A stretch of DNA of 64,000 nt. It comes from an uncultured Halopseudomonas sp. Lineage in GTDB: Bacteria > Pseudomonadota > Gammaproteobacteria > Pseudomonadales > Pseudomonadaceae. The translations under genes and the position numbers were made by a program. The DNA lies in contig CAYYUQ010000004.1 of the NCBI GenBank assembly GCA_964474945.1, positions 159 to 64,158 of the forward strand, written 5' to 3'. The notes beneath the pieces were generated by a model. The model made no database searches and was not told the DNA's origin. It worked only from the letters and a program-made list of their open reading frames with translations. Below are positions 1-10,880 of this stretch, piece by piece. The stretch's first letter is position 1, and each line of letters starts with the position of its first letter.

Positions 1-212
1 TCATCAAAATGCTTGGGATCCACAGTCGCGGAGTGGATATTGGTAAACACCTTGAATTCATCAGCGCAGCGCACATCGTAGCCGTAACTGGATACGCCGT
101 AGGAAATCACCCGCTCGCCTTCCTCACCACGCACCTGGCGCTCGACAAAGGGTTCGATCATGCCGTGTTCCTGCGACATCTGACGTATCCAGCGATCCGA
201 TTTGATAGTCAT
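1..212 (-). CDS. dcd: dCTP deaminase, 5' part (runs off window start)
   Basis: Not in the ORF track. Manual reverse translation from the ATG at 212 gives [70 protein letters not shown], the typical proteobacterial Dcd N-terminus. It lies next to apbC, as in Pseudomonas. Confidence 0.93.
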   Translation of the reverse strand, partial: MTIKSDRWIRQMSQEHGMIEPFVERQVRGEEGERVISYGVSSYGYDVRCADEFKVFTNIHSATVDPKHFD

Positions 213-335
213 GGGGTGAGTCCTGATCCAAGCGTTGAAAAAGAGGGCTGCATATTACCGGTTATTCACGCCACACTGAAGCCTCCGGCAGGCCCGCCAG
301 TCGCGGTAACGATTTGCGACGCGGATCACCGGCAA

Positions 336-1427
336 TCAATCGTCGCTGATACTGATCTCCGGCATGCTGGATTGCGAAGCCCGCGCCGCAATACGGGCCG
401 CAACGTTGCGCGCCATGTCCTGATACAACAGACTGATCTGACATTCCGGCTCAGCAACGACAGTAGGCGTACCTCCATCTGCCTGCTCCCGGATCATCAT
501 CGACAATGGCATGGAACCCAGCAGTTCCACTCCATACTCTTCGGCCAGCCGTACGCCACCGCCTTCGCCAAACAGGTGCTCGGCATGGCCGCAGTTGGAG
601 CAGATATGCACCGCCATGTTCTCCACAACGCCCAGTACCGGAATGTTGACCTTGCGAAACATCTCGATGCCCTTGCGCGCATCCAGCAGCGCGATATCCT
701 GCGGTGTGGTCACTATTACCGAGCCAGTTACCGGCACTTTCTGAGCCAATGTCAGCTGAATATCACCTGTACCCGGTGGCATATCCACGATCAGATAGTC
801 CAGATCATCCCAGGCTGTCTGGGTCAGCAGCTGCAACAATGCGCCGGATACCATCGGCCCGCGCCAGGCCATCGGCGTATTGTCATCGGCGAGAAACGCC
901 ATGGTCATCACCTGGATTCCATGCGCCTGCGGTGGCACGAACCACTTCTGCTCGCGCACTTGCGGCCGGGTTCCAGACGGCAGACCGAGCATCAACCCCA
1001 TACTGGGGCCATAGATATCCGCATCCAGGATACCAACACGAGCCCCTTCTCCGGCCAGCGCCAGCGCCAGATTGACGGAGGTAGTGGATTTACCCACCCC
1101 ACCCTTGCCTGAGGCTACGGCAATAATGTTCTTCACATTGGCCAGCCCCGGAATGGAGCCCTGCGTCGGCGCAGCCTGCACTGCCCAGCCGACCTTCACC
1201 TTGGCCGTCTCGACGCCAGGCACATCCTCCACAGCCACCGTCAACATCTGCTCAATGCCTTTCACTATATTGTCTGCCGCATAACCAAGCAGCAACTCAA
1301 CGCTCACGCGACCATCCTTGATCTGTAACGATTGCAGGCAGCCAGCGCTGAGCAGGTCGGTATTGAGGTAAGGATCCTGATAACGGGTCAGGGCCTGTTC
1401 TACGGCAGAGCGATCGATCGAGGTCAT
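336..1427 (-). CDS. apbC: Fe-S cluster carrier ATPase (Mrp/ApbC/NBP35)
   Basis: Deviant Walker A ASGKGGVGKST, DADIYGPS, WRGPM, DMPPGTGD and a CSNC motif. Confidence 0.95.
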   Translation of the reverse strand: MTSIDRSAVEQALTRYQDPYLNTDLLSAGCLQSLQIKDGRVSVELLLGYAADNIVKGIEQMLTVAVEDVPGVETAKVKVGWAVQAAPTQGSIPGLANVKNIIAVASGKGGVGKSTTSVNLALALAGEGARVGILDADIYGPSMGLMLGLPSGTRPQVREQKWFVPPQAHGIQVMTMAFLADDNTPMAWRGPMVSGALLQLLTQTAWDDLDYLIVDMPPGTGDIQLTLAQKVPVTGSVIVTTPQDIALLDARKGIEMFRKVNIPVLGVVENMAVHICSNCGHAEHLFGEGGGVRLAEEYGVELLGSMPLSMMIREQADGGTPTVVAEPECQISLLYQDMARNVAARIAARASQSSMPEISISDD

Positions 1428-1658
1428 GGTTTCAAATCCAGGGAAGCGAAAAACCCCACCATGCTACTGCCTGAGACGCCAATTGACCACGTACAACCCC
1501 ATGACTGATAAGCACAGACGGTTGCAGGGCCAAGCGAATAAAAAATACCCTTGAGCCCTTCAGCCTGGCCGGGCGATGCCGATATGCTTTCAAGGCGTAG
1601 CGGATTTACGCTGGGAACAACCATGAATAGCTCTCACGGAAAGACTAGCGAGGCAACC

Positions 1659-3356
1659 ATGCAGGATTCACTTACGGCCCGCCCTGACAACGCTCCGTTG
1701 AAAGAAGAGGCAGGGCTGAGCATTACCGTGCTACTCGCCCTGGCCATCTTGGCGCTGGGCGGCCTGCTCCTGTGGTACGGCAGCGGCTGGCAACATCTGC
1801 TGTCTGCTGGATTGAGCGCAGTATCGCTATTTCTGTTGTGGCAACTGACCCGACAACAGACACAGGGCAGCCCTTTACTGCGACGCTTCAGCGAAGCGGA
1901 TTCCATCCAGGTCGACCTGTCACCCATCACCGAGCAGGAAGGGGACGACCCAACCCTTACCGCGTTCAGTGATCGCCTGCGACGCATGCTGCTCGGCTTG
2001 CAGCAGCAGAACCTGCGCATTGCCATGGATTCGGCCAAGACCCGTATGCTCGCCGAACGAACCGAACGCGAAGCCAAAGCCCAACAGGATCTTTCCGAGC
2101 TGATTTTCCAGGCCAGTGAGCAAACCAGCAGCGCTTTACAGGATATCAGTGAGCGAACCAACAACATCTCGGGAATGACCTCACGCAATCTGGACGCAGC
2201 CAGAGCCTCGCAGATCCAACTGACTGAGGCATGTGACCACATGCAGCAGATCAGTAACGTGATGAACAGCTTCCAGAGCAATATTGAAGCGCTGGACGCC
2301 ACTTCAGGGCAGATCCGCAAGATTCTCAGCACGGTGCAGAACTTTTCAGCGCAGACCAACATGTTGGCGCTGAATGCTGCTATTGAGGCTGCGCGAGCCG
2401 GTGAGCAGGGACGTGGCTTTGCTGTGGTCGCCGACGAAGTGCGCAGCCTGTCGATCCAGGTTGGCGCGGCGGCCGACCAGATTGGCGAACTGATGGAGCA
2501 GATGCTCGGCGCCATGACCGGTGCAGAGCAACAATCACGTCAGATGCAGCAACAATCCGAGGACGCCGGCCAATCAGTGCGGGGCGCTGCGGATCAGTTC
2601 GGCCAGATGGTCGAGGACTTCCAGCACAGCAACGATGACCTGCTGATGGTCAGCAGTGCACTGGAAGAGCTGGCCGTAGGCAACCGGGAGACTCACCAGC
2701 ACAGTAACGCCATCCGCGAAAGCAGTCGCAGCATCAGCGCAAACATGGAGCAGAATTTTGTGTTGGCTGATCGTCAGCGAGACGACAGCAACCTGGTGCT
2801 GCAGACTCTGAGCCTGTTCCGGCTGGGTAACGGCAGGCTGGAAAGCGTGACCGAGCTGTTGATGGAGCACCGCGCTGAAGTAGAGCGCGAACTGACCGCG
2901 CTGGCGGCCAGCGGTGTCGACATTTTCGACCGCAAGTACACGCCCATCCCGGGAACCAATCCTCCCAAGCACGACGTCAGCTGGGCGGATGCCTGCGTCC
3001 CACACATCCAGCCACTGCTGGATACGTGGGATAAGCAGGGCAAGGACGGCATCATTTATATATCGGTCGTGGATGACCATGGTTATATGCCGATCGGCCG
3101 CAGCGCCATCTCGCAACCACCGACCGGCGATCCGAAGGTGGATGCGGTGAAAAGCAATTTCAAGCGCTTCGTGGTGCCCAGCAAAATCGAGCTGGAGAAC
3201 CTGAACAAGTGTGAATTCGTGAGTCTGGGCACCTTCATATTGCCCGGTACCGATACGGTCATCTTCGTGCAGTTCGTACCCTTGTTCGTCAACGGACGAC
3301 GCTGGGGCACGCTGAGCGCAGGACTATTGCCCCATGCTCTGCTTCAGCAAAACTGA
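1659..3356 (+). CDS. Methyl-accepting chemotaxis protein with an extra C-terminal domain
   Basis: Two closely spaced N-terminal TM helices, the MCP hairpin [31 protein letters not shown], and about 170 aa of C-terminal extension. Start placed at ATG 1659 (GAGG upstream); the ORF is open from 1551. Confidence 0.88.
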   Translation: MQDSLTARPDNAPLKEEAGLSITVLLALAILALGGLLLWYGSGWQHLLSAGLSAVSLFLLWQLTRQQTQGSPLLRRFSEADSIQVDLSPITEQEGDDPTLTAFSDRLRRMLLGLQQQNLRIAMDSAKTRMLAERTEREAKAQQDLSELIFQASEQTSSALQDISERTNNISGMTSRNLDAARASQIQLTEACDHMQQISNVMNSFQSNIEALDATSGQIRKILSTVQNFSAQTNMLALNAAIEAARAGEQGRGFAVVADEVRSLSIQVGAAADQIGELMEQMLGAMTGAEQQSRQMQQQSEDAGQSVRGAADQFGQMVEDFQHSNDDLLMVSSALEELAVGNRETHQHSNAIRESSRSISANMEQNFVLADRQRDDSNLVLQTLSLFRLGNGRLESVTELLMEHRAEVERELTALAASGVDIFDRKYTPIPGTNPPKHDVSWADACVPHIQPLLDTWDKQGKDGIIYISVVDDHGYMPIGRSAISQPPTGDPKVDAVKSNFKRFVVPSKIELENLNKCEFVSLGTFILPGTDTVIFVQFVPLFVNGRRWGTLSAGLLPHALLQQN

Positions 3357-3976
3357 GGCTCGACATTCTCAATGAACGAGCAGGCTGCCTCGGCAGCCTG
3401 CTCGATCAACTGCCGCTGGGATAGCCCGCTGCTCTTCAGCGGCTTGAAATCATGATCGCCGGTGTGCAGCCAGCACAGCTCGATCTGTTCCGCCAGATCA
3501 TATCCGGTTACTTCTTCCGGCTTGCCGAACGGGTCGCGGGTGCCCTGCACCACCAGCATGGGCACCTTCAGCGCTCCCAGATGGTCGGTACGGGTACGCT
3601 CCGGTTTGCCGGGCGGGTGGAAGGGATAACCAAAACAGATGACGCCGGCCGGCATCAGTTCATTGGCCAGCAGACTGGCGACACGCCCACCCATGGACTT
3701 GCCGCCGATAAACAGCGGCCCGGACAATGCAGCGTGGTGTGCGCGAAAGCTATCCAACAGGACGCCCATGGGATTCGGTGGTCTCTTGCCGCCACCCTCG
3801 CGCCGGGCAGCCATATAAGGAAACTCGAACCGCAATACCCTGATATTCCACTCGCTCAGGCTGCGGCACAGCAGGTTCATGAAGTCACTGTCCATTGGCG
3901 CCCCGGCGCCATGCGCCAACAGCAGGGTTGCCCGCGTTGATCCCGCGGGCGGTGTTTCCAGAAAATCGACCGTCAC
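3344..3976 (-). CDS. Alpha/beta hydrolase (KANL3/Tex30-like family)
   Basis: [11 protein letters not shown], nucleophile elbow [15 protein letters not shown] and GDHD give a Ser-Asp-His triad. Confidence 0.85.
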   Translation of the reverse strand: MTVDFLETPPAGSTRATLLLAHGAGAPMDSDFMNLLCRSLSEWNIRVLRFEFPYMAARREGGGKRPPNPMGVLLDSFRAHHAALSGPLFIGGKSMGGRVASLLANELMPAGVICFGYPFHPPGKPERTRTDHLGALKVPMLVVQGTRDPFGKPEEVTGYDLAEQIELCWLHTGDHDFKPLKSSGLSQRQLIEQAAEAACSFIENVEPQFC

Positions 3977-4016
3977 CTGCTGTCCACCTTGTTTTCTCCG
4001 CTCTGAAACGATCGCT

Positions 4017-5207
4017 TCAAGGAGTCACTGATTCCGCCGCATCATCGCTGGCATTCTCAGCGTGGTCTTCCTCGGAAGGCACCGGCGTACTGCCTGGCTC
4101 AATGGCCTCATTGGTTTCGGTTTGCGGCACCGGCTCTGCAGCCTCTGCGGGCAGACCCTCCTCAACCTGTTCCAGCAAGGCATTCAATAGACGCTCGCCC
4201 CGATCACCGACCATCTCCACGAAGACGTCACGCACCGGCAGACTGCGCTCCCGAAATGCCGCGCGCTCTTCGGCAGTGAGCCGGATGATCTCAATGTCAC
4301 TCTCCTGAGTGATCGTCTCAAGCCGTTCTGCGTTCAAGCGAGTCTGCACGTCGTGAATATAAGGCACCAGCTCCACAACTGTCTCTTCAATGATCTGTTC
4401 ATGCTGGTCAGACAGATTGTCATACCAATCACTGTTGGCCATGACCGTAGCGACAAACTGCGCCTGGTTGGCAAAGATCATGTAGTCCTGTACCTGATAG
4501 AAATCCATCTCTTCATGGGCGAAAACCGGCTGGATATTGGCATCCAGTTGTCCGAGTTGCAGGCCGCTGTACAACTCACCGTATTCCATGGTGGTCGGGT
4601 TCGCACCGTAGGCGCGATAGGTTTCGCTCAGCAGTCGATTATCCATGGTGCGGATGGCCACGCCGGCAAAATCCTCGGGTGTCCGCAGGAGCTTATTGGC
4701 GGTCCAGACCTGCCAGCCCTCAGGCACGATAGCCAGGGGATGCAGCTTGCGCTCACGGAAAGCCTCGATCAGATCATCATGTTTGCGAAAGCGCTCGTCG
4801 TTCAGAATCTGCGTATTACGCAGCTCGTCATCGCTCAACACAAAATTCAGACTGAACAACTGGGATTCCGGCACCGTACCGCCGAGAAAGCCGGAACCAA
4901 AGGCCAACTGCACCGAACCGGCCTGCACCTGATCATAGATATCCGTGAGCCCGCCCAGTTGGCCGTAAGGAAATAACCGGACTTCAACCTGGCCGCCGGT
5001 CTTCTCGCTGACGATCTCCGCAAAGCGGTTGGCGTACTCGTACTGCACACTTCCCTGAATTTCTTCCAGCCCGAAGCGCCATATTTCTACCTGACCTGTG
5101 GCCGGCTGCTCATCCCGAACGGATTGTGCTTTTTGCTGTTCGTCATCACCACCACAGGCCGCCAAGGTCAACACCACAGCACCCAACCATCCATTTCGCC
5201 AGTTCAT
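4017..5207 (-). CDS. dctP: TRAP transporter substrate-binding protein (DctP, TeaA-like), probable lipoprotein
   Basis: DctP motifs (IRTM, GANPT..YGELYSGLQLG), a lipobox LAAC after a short signal peptide, and resemblance from memory to ectoine-binding TeaA. Start at ATG 5207 with a GAGGAA RBS. Confidence 0.85.
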   Translation of the reverse strand: MNWRNGWLGAVVLTLAACGGDDEQQKAQSVRDEQPATGQVEIWRFGLEEIQGSVQYEYANRFAEIVSEKTGGQVEVRLFPYGQLGGLTDIYDQVQAGSVQLAFGSGFLGGTVPESQLFSLNFVLSDDELRNTQILNDERFRKHDDLIEAFRERKLHPLAIVPEGWQVWTANKLLRTPEDFAGVAIRTMDNRLLSETYRAYGANPTTMEYGELYSGLQLGQLDANIQPVFAHEEMDFYQVQDYMIFANQAQFVATVMANSDWYDNLSDQHEQIIEETVVELVPYIHDVQTRLNAERLETITQESDIEIIRLTAEERAAFRERSLPVRDVFVEMVGDRGERLLNALLEQVEEGLPAEAAEPVPQTETNEAIEPGSTPVPSEEDHAENASDDAAESVTP

Positions 5208-5393
5208 GGAACTTTCCTCATGTATTGTTCTGATTTTTATCAAAACAATATCATAGGGTCACGAGATGTCCATTCTGCGGCCCGTGCAATTGAAAAAAAG
5301 ATGATGTACTTTTAAAAAAAGCACAGCGGCATCAGATTTTGCTTCGTGCCATAAGGATAAATACGCACTTTGCCGATGTAGAAAAGGGAACAC

Positions 5394-5999
5394 ATGACCA
5401 AACCCGCGCCGTCGCAGGCCAGATCACTCACGCACATAGTCGCGGGATCGCTGCGCACGCTCGACCGCCTGATCGAGCAGATGGAAAAATGCATCCTCGC
5501 TGGTAGCGTACTGTTTCTCAGCGGGCTACTAATCATCCACGTACTCCTGCGCCAACTGTTCAACAGCGGCGTAACCGGCCAGGTTGAACTGACCCAGCTC
5601 AGCATGGTGATCATCACCTTCGCAGGGCTGGGCTATGCGGTAAGACGGGCACGACATATCGCCATGTCCGCCTTCTACGACCAACTGCGCGGCTGGCCGC
5701 GTAAAGCGCTGTTGGTGTGCATCTGCCTCACGGCGGGCGCCATGATGTGGTTTTTTGCCTGGCAGGCGTGGCTTTATGTTGACAGCATCCGCGCCGTGGG
5801 CCGCACATCGTCCGCCCTGGATATCCCACTCTGGATTCCCTACCTGATCGCGCCGATAGGATTTGTTCTGGCTGGTACTCAATACTGGCTGGCCGTCGCC
5901 CGCAATCTGACATCGCCGCTTATCTATCGCTCATTCACCGAACGGGAAGACTACGATGAGGTGCCGAGCGCCGACGCAGGTCAGGACGCAGCATGCTGA
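5394..5999 (+). CDS. dctQ: TRAP transporter small permease (DctQ)
   Basis: About 4 TM helices and a GLGYAVRRARHI motif; overlaps dctM. Confidence 0.88.
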   Translation: MTKPAPSQARSLTHIVAGSLRTLDRLIEQMEKCILAGSVLFLSGLLIIHVLLRQLFNSGVTGQVELTQLSMVIITFAGLGYAVRRARHIAMSAFYDQLRGWPRKALLVCICLTAGAMMWFFAWQAWLYVDSIRAVGRTSSALDIPLWIPYLIAPIGFVLAGTQYWLAVARNLTSPLIYRSFTEREDYDEVPSADAGQDAAC

Positions 6000-7273
6000 C
6001 ACTGACTATCATCGTCACCGTAGTGTTGCTGCTATTGGGTTTTCCGCTGATGGTGCCTTTGTTGACTGCCAGCCTGATGCTGCTGTTTCTGGTGTTGGAA
6101 ATGGACAACGTCGGGCTACTGGTCGGCCAGATGATCAGTGGCGTTCAAACCTGGGCGCTGGCAGCGGTACCGTTGTTCATTTTCGCAGCGGATCTTATGA
6201 CCCGTGGTCATACTGCCAATCGGCTGCTGGATCTGGTTCAGAGCTTTATCGGTCATTTGCGCGGAGGCTTGCCCATCACCACAGCGGCCAGCTGCACATT
6301 GTTCGGCGCTGTATCCGGATCCACCCAGGCAACGGTTGTGGCAATGGGCGGCCCGATGCGTCCGAAGCTGCTGGAAAAAGGCTATCCCGATAAATTCGCC
6401 CTGGCACTGATCATCAATGCCAGCGACATTGCACTGCTCATTCCACCCAGTATCGGACTGATTATCTATGGCGTGATGTCGGGTGCATCCATCGGCGACC
6501 TGTTTATTGCCGGAATCATGCCCGGCCTGTTACTGCTGTTGTTGTTCTCGCTGTATTGCTGGTACGCCTCCATTCGCCTGGGTATTGAGCCCGAACCGAA
6601 GGTGGGTTGGCAACGGCGCTGGCAAGCCCTGAAGAAAGCAGCACTGCCGCTGGGCTTTCCGCTGGTGGTGGTAGGCGGCATTTATGGTGGACTGTTCAGC
6701 CCCACCGAAGCGGCCGCCATAGCAGTGCTTTATGCGCTGGTGCTGGAGGTGGTCATTCTGCGCTCAGTGAAAATCACTGAATTGTGGGATATTGCCCTGT
6801 CCACCGGGCTGATAACCGCCGTGGTCTTCATTCTGGTAGCCGCGGGCAACGCCTTTACCTATACCATTTCCTTCGCGGGCATCCCGCAGGCGATCCTTGA
6901 CCCGATCATTGCAGACATAGGCGACAGCCCGGTGCTGGTGTTAGCACTGATCGCCGTCTCCTTCTTCATTGGCTGCATGTTTGTCGACCCGATCGTCGTC
7001 ATTCTGATCCTCACGCCCCTGTTCAAACCCGCCGTGGCCGCCGCCGGTCTGGATCCCGTGCATGTAGGCATCATCGTGACGCTGCAGGCGGCCATCGGCT
7101 CCGCCACACCGCCTTTTGGCTGTGATATTTTTACCGCCATGGCCGTGTTCCGGCGTCCTTATTTCGACATCATTCGCGGGATAGGACCTTTTGTGGTTTT
7201 GTTGCTGCTGGCCACCGTCATCCTCATCCTGTTTCCGTCGATCTCGCTCTGGCTACCCTCGCTGACCAACTGA
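5993..7273 (+). CDS. dctM: TRAP transporter large permease (DctM)
   Basis: About 12 TM helices; AVPLFIFAA, LLIPPSI, FSPTEAAA and TPPFG motifs. Confidence 0.93.
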   Translation: MLTLTIIVTVVLLLLGFPLMVPLLTASLMLLFLVLEMDNVGLLVGQMISGVQTWALAAVPLFIFAADLMTRGHTANRLLDLVQSFIGHLRGGLPITTAASCTLFGAVSGSTQATVVAMGGPMRPKLLEKGYPDKFALALIINASDIALLIPPSIGLIIYGVMSGASIGDLFIAGIMPGLLLLLLFSLYCWYASIRLGIEPEPKVGWQRRWQALKKAALPLGFPLVVVGGIYGGLFSPTEAAAIAVLYALVLEVVILRSVKITELWDIALSTGLITAVVFILVAAGNAFTYTISFAGIPQAILDPIIADIGDSPVLVLALIAVSFFIGCMFVDPIVVILILTPLFKPAVAAAGLDPVHVGIIVTLQAAIGSATPPFGCDIFTAMAVFRRPYFDIIRGIGPFVVLLLLATVILILFPSISLWLPSLTN

Positions 7274-7332
7274 TCAACCAGTAAAATGGCGGTATAAGCG
7301 CTCAGCTATCATCGCCTTGATCCAGGACAAGT

Positions 7333-7347
7333 GCGACATCATGTCAC
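7333..7347. promoter_or_regulatory. Possible RegA/PrrA/RoxR-type site upstream of ccoN
   Basis: GCGAC-ATCAT-GTCAC, one mismatch to GCGNC-N5-GNCGC. RoxSR controls cbb3-1 in Pseudomonas. Confidence 0.35.
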
Positions 7348-7523
7348 AGACTGCCGGGGAACCTATCCTTCACACGCATTGCCCCGGAGCTTATCCTTGC
7401 ATGCACCGGTAATCCGGCCTGTGGGGAGGGCCCTGCGGAGTAGCCGCGGCACGTATTTGCCCTGCGCGTGCTTATTCTGATCGCAGCAATTCCGTCTGAT
7501 CTCATTCCAGGCCGGCCATTACA

Positions 7524-7537
7524 TTGACATGCGTCAT
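7524..7537. promoter_or_regulatory. Imperfect Anr/FNR box upstream of ccoN
   Basis: TTGAC-ATGC-GTCAT versus TTGAY-N4-RTCAA, about 80 bp before the ccoN start. Confidence 0.4.
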
Positions 7538-7614
7538 TGCAATCAGTGGGGGCTTTTCCCATACTGCGGCCGCTTTGACCCCTTTAACCTTTGCTATCCG
7601 TGGGAATCTCTCGC

Positions 7615-9042
7615 ATGAGCACAGCTACCACTCCGACAGCCTACAATTACAAGGTGGTGCGTCAGTTCGCCGTTATGACGGTGATCTGGGGTATCATAGG
7701 TATGGCTCTGGGCGTCTTTATTGCCGCCCAGCTAGTATGGCCCGTTCTTAACTTTGACCTACCTTGGACCAGCTTCGGACGTTTGCGTCCGCTGCACACC
7801 AACGCGGTCATTTTCGCCTTTGGCGGATGCGCCCTGATGGGGACGTCCTTCTACGTTATTCAACGCACCACTCAGGCTCGATTGATCTCCGATGGCCTCG
7901 CCGCATTTGTATTCTGGGGCTGGCAGGCGGTCATTGTGCTTGCGGTAATCACCCTGCCGCTGGGTTACACCAGCACCAAGGAATACGCTGAACTGGAGTG
8001 GCCGATCGATCTTCTGATCACGGTTGTCTGGGTAGCTTACGCCCTGGTGTTCTTCGGCACGATTGCCAAGCGCAAGATGAAGCACATCTACGTAGCCAAC
8101 TGGTTCTACGGCGCGTTCATCATCACCATCGCGGTACTGCACATCGTCAACAACATGTCGATGCCTGTCACCATGTGGAAGTCCTATTCCATGTATGCCG
8201 GGGCGACCGATGCGATGATCCAGTGGTGGTATGGGCACAACGCGGTAGGCTTCTTCCTGACTGCCGGCTTCCTCGGCATGATGTACTACTTCGTACCCAA
8301 GCAGACTGGCCGCCCGGTGTACTCCTATCGTCTGTCTATCGTACACTTCTGGGCACTGATCGGCCTGTACATCTGGGCTGGCCCACACCACCTGCACTAC
8401 ACCGCTCTGCCTGATTGGGCACAGACACTGGGTATGGTGATGTCGCTGATCCTGCTGGCTCCCAGCTGGGGCGGCATGATCAACGGTATGATGACCCTGT
8501 CCGGCGCATGGCACAAACTGCGTACCGATCCCATCCTGCGCTTCCTGGTTGTGGCACTGGCCTTCTACGGCATGTCCACCTTCGAAGGTCCGATGATGGC
8601 CATCAAGACCGTGAACGCACTGTCACACTACACCGACTGGACCATTGGTCACGTACACGCCGGCGCACTGGGCTGGGTTGCCATGATCTCCATTGGCGCC
8701 ATGTACCACATGCTGCCGAAAGCCTTTGGTCGTGAAGAGATGCACAGCATCGGTCTGATCAACGCCCACTTCTGGCTGGCTACCATCGGTACCGTTCTGT
8801 ACATCGTCTCCATGTGGGTCAACGGCATCACTCAAGGTTTGATGTGGCGCGCAGTCAACATTGACGGCACCCTGACCTATTCCTTCGTCGAGGCGCTGGA
8901 AGCCAGCCATCCGGGCTTCATCGTCCGCTGGATTGGTGGTCTGTTCTTCCTGATCGGCATGCTGCTGATGGGCTACAACTGCTGGCGCACCATTCGGTCT
9001 GCCAAGCCGGCCGATGCCCACGCTGCCGCCCAGATCGCCTGA
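7615..9042 (+). CDS. ccoN: cbb3-type cytochrome c oxidase subunit I
   Basis: [33 protein letters not shown] and HVHAGALGW. Confidence 0.98.
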   Translation: MSTATTPTAYNYKVVRQFAVMTVIWGIIGMALGVFIAAQLVWPVLNFDLPWTSFGRLRPLHTNAVIFAFGGCALMGTSFYVIQRTTQARLISDGLAAFVFWGWQAVIVLAVITLPLGYTSTKEYAELEWPIDLLITVVWVAYALVFFGTIAKRKMKHIYVANWFYGAFIITIAVLHIVNNMSMPVTMWKSYSMYAGATDAMIQWWYGHNAVGFFLTAGFLGMMYYFVPKQTGRPVYSYRLSIVHFWALIGLYIWAGPHHLHYTALPDWAQTLGMVMSLILLAPSWGGMINGMMTLSGAWHKLRTDPILRFLVVALAFYGMSTFEGPMMAIKTVNALSHYTDWTIGHVHAGALGWVAMISIGAMYHMLPKAFGREEMHSIGLINAHFWLATIGTVLYIVSMWVNGITQGLMWRAVNIDGTLTYSFVEALEASHPGFIVRWIGGLFFLIGMLLMGYNCWRTIRSAKPADAHAAAQIA

Positions 9043-9053
9043 GGACTTGATCG

Positions 9054-9665
9054 ATGAAAAAGCATGAGATAATTGAAAAGAACGTAGGCCTGATGATCGT
9101 GCTGATCGTGTTTGCGATCAGCTTCGGCGGCCTGACGCAGATCGTCCCGCTGTTCTTCCAGGACGAAACCACTCAACCAGTTGAGGGGCTGCGCCCCTAC
9201 ACTGCGGTGGAACTGGAAGGCCGTGACATCTACATCCGTGAAGGTTGTGTCAGCTGCCACTCGCAGATGATCCGTCCGTTCCGTTCAGAAACCGAACGTT
9301 ATGGTCACTACTCGGTAGCCGGTGAAAGCGTCTGGGAACACCCCTTCCTGTGGGGCTCCAAGCGTACCGGTCCGGACCTGGCCCGCGTTGGTGAGCGTTA
9401 CTCCGACGACTGGCACCGCGCTCACCTGATCAACCCGCGTGACGTGGTACCCGAGTCCAAGATGCCCTCCTACCCGTGGTTGCAGGAGAATGCTCTGGAC
9501 GGCAAGCACACCGCCCGAAAAATGGAAGTCATGCGCAATCTGGGCGTTCCATACACTGATGACGATATTGCCGGTGCCCGCGACTCCGTACGCGGCGTGA
9601 GCGAGATGGATGCGCTGATTGCGTATCTGCAGCATCTCGGTACTGTCATCTCGGATCGCCGGTAA
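9054..9665 (+). CDS. ccoO: cbb3-type cytochrome c oxidase subunit II
   Basis: [14 protein letters not shown] and [14 protein letters not shown]. Confidence 0.98.
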   Translation: MKKHEIIEKNVGLMIVLIVFAISFGGLTQIVPLFFQDETTQPVEGLRPYTAVELEGRDIYIREGCVSCHSQMIRPFRSETERYGHYSVAGESVWEHPFLWGSKRTGPDLARVGERYSDDWHRAHLINPRDVVPESKMPSYPWLQENALDGKHTARKMEVMRNLGVPYTDDDIAGARDSVRGVSEMDALIAYLQHLGTVISDRR

Positions 9666-9671
9666 GCACAC

Positions 9672-9860
9672 ATGGACATCAATACTCTCCGCGGCATTGC
9701 CACCATCTTTGCAATGGTGGCCTTTATCGGCGTCGTGATATGGGCTTACAGCGCATACAAGAAGAAGGATTTTGATGAGGCAGCCCAATTGCCCTTCGCC
9801 GACGAAGATGACGACAAGGTAACGCGTGAGCAGAAAGATACCCGGAGTAATGAAAAATGA
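9672..9860 (+). CDS. ccoQ: cbb3-type oxidase small subunit
   Basis: Single [19 protein letters not shown], positioned between ccoO and ccoP. Confidence 0.93.
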   Translation: MDINTLRGIATIFAMVAFIGVVIWAYSAYKKKDFDEAAQLPFADEDDDKVTREQKDTRSNEK

Positions 9861-10744
9861 GTAATTTCTGGAGTTGGTACATCATTGCCCTCACCGTGGT
9901 CTTCCTTGTCCTGATCACATGGCTTCTGTTTGCTACGCGAAAGGGACAGAAAGCCGATCAGACCACGCAGACCATGGGGCACGCGTTTGACGGTATTGAA
10001 GAGTATGACAACCCGCTTCCCCGCTGGTGGTTCATGCTGTTCATCGCCACCCTGGTATTCAGTGTCATTTATCTGATTCTGTACCCAGGCATGGGCAAAT
10101 TCCCCGGCGTGCTGGGCTGGACGCAAGTCAACCAGTACGAACGTGAAGTGGTGCGGGCAGAAACCCAGTTCGCCCCGATCTTTGCCAAGTACCGGGAGAT
10201 GTCCATTGAAGAAGTGGCACAGGACGAAGAAGCTCGCCGTATCGGCCAGCGTCTGTTCGCCACCAACTGTTCAGTCTGTCACGGTTCTGATGCCCGGGGC
10301 GCCTTCGGCTTCCCGAATCTGACCGACAATGATTGGCTGTGGGGCGGTGAGCCCGAGCAGATCCTGACCACGCTTCGCCAGGGCCGTCAGGCCACCATGG
10401 CAGCCTGGTTGCCGGTCATCGGCGAAGAAGGCGTGCGCAATACTGCTGGCTACGTGCGCAGTCTGGCCGGCCTGGAGTCAGAAGGCGTGGATATCGAAGC
10501 AGGCCGTCAGGTGTTCGCCACCAACTGCGTCGCCTGTCACGGTCCGGATGGCAAGGGTAACCACCTGCTGGGTGCTCCCAACCTGACTGACGATATCTGG
10601 CTGTATGGTTCCAGCATGCTGCAGGTGCAACACACCATCCGCGCTGGGCGTAACGGCAACATGCCGGCTCAGGCTCACCTGGGTGACGACAAGCTGCACA
10701 TGCTTGCGTCCTACGTCTACAGCCTGTCGCTGGACGACAAGTAA
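9857..10744 (+). CDS. ccoP: cbb3-type cytochrome c oxidase subunit III
   Basis: [18 protein letters not shown] and two heme c motifs (CSVCH, CVACH). Confidence 0.98.
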   Translation: MSNFWSWYIIALTVVFLVLITWLLFATRKGQKADQTTQTMGHAFDGIEEYDNPLPRWWFMLFIATLVFSVIYLILYPGMGKFPGVLGWTQVNQYEREVVRAETQFAPIFAKYREMSIEEVAQDEEARRIGQRLFATNCSVCHGSDARGAFGFPNLTDNDWLWGGEPEQILTTLRQGRQATMAAWLPVIGEEGVRNTAGYVRSLAGLESEGVDIEAGRQVFATNCVACHGPDGKGNHLLGAPNLTDDIWLYGSSMLQVQHTIRAGRNGNMPAQAHLGDDKLHMLASYVYSLSLDDK

Positions 10745-10772
10745 TACCCACGCGGCTCCCTGTCGCATGGTT

Positions 10773-10810
10773 TACGCCGCCCGGACAGGATATCCTGTCC
10801 GGGCGGCGTA
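10773..10810. terminator. Perfect 38-bp palindrome between ccoP and ccoG (hairpin; terminator or mRNA-stabilising)
   Basis: TACGCCGCCCGGACAGGAT|ATCCTGTCCGGGCGGCGTA, followed by only a short T run. Confidence 0.7.
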
Positions 10811-10880
10811 CGTTTAGCTCCGCCCTCCTGACCTGCCATGGCCAGGCCCTCCTTTCTATATAACGAGATGGCAGCCTGAA

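Noticed and set aside
9..1112. 367-aa plus-strand ORF
   Set aside because: It lies antisense to dcd and apbC, both clearly real genes.
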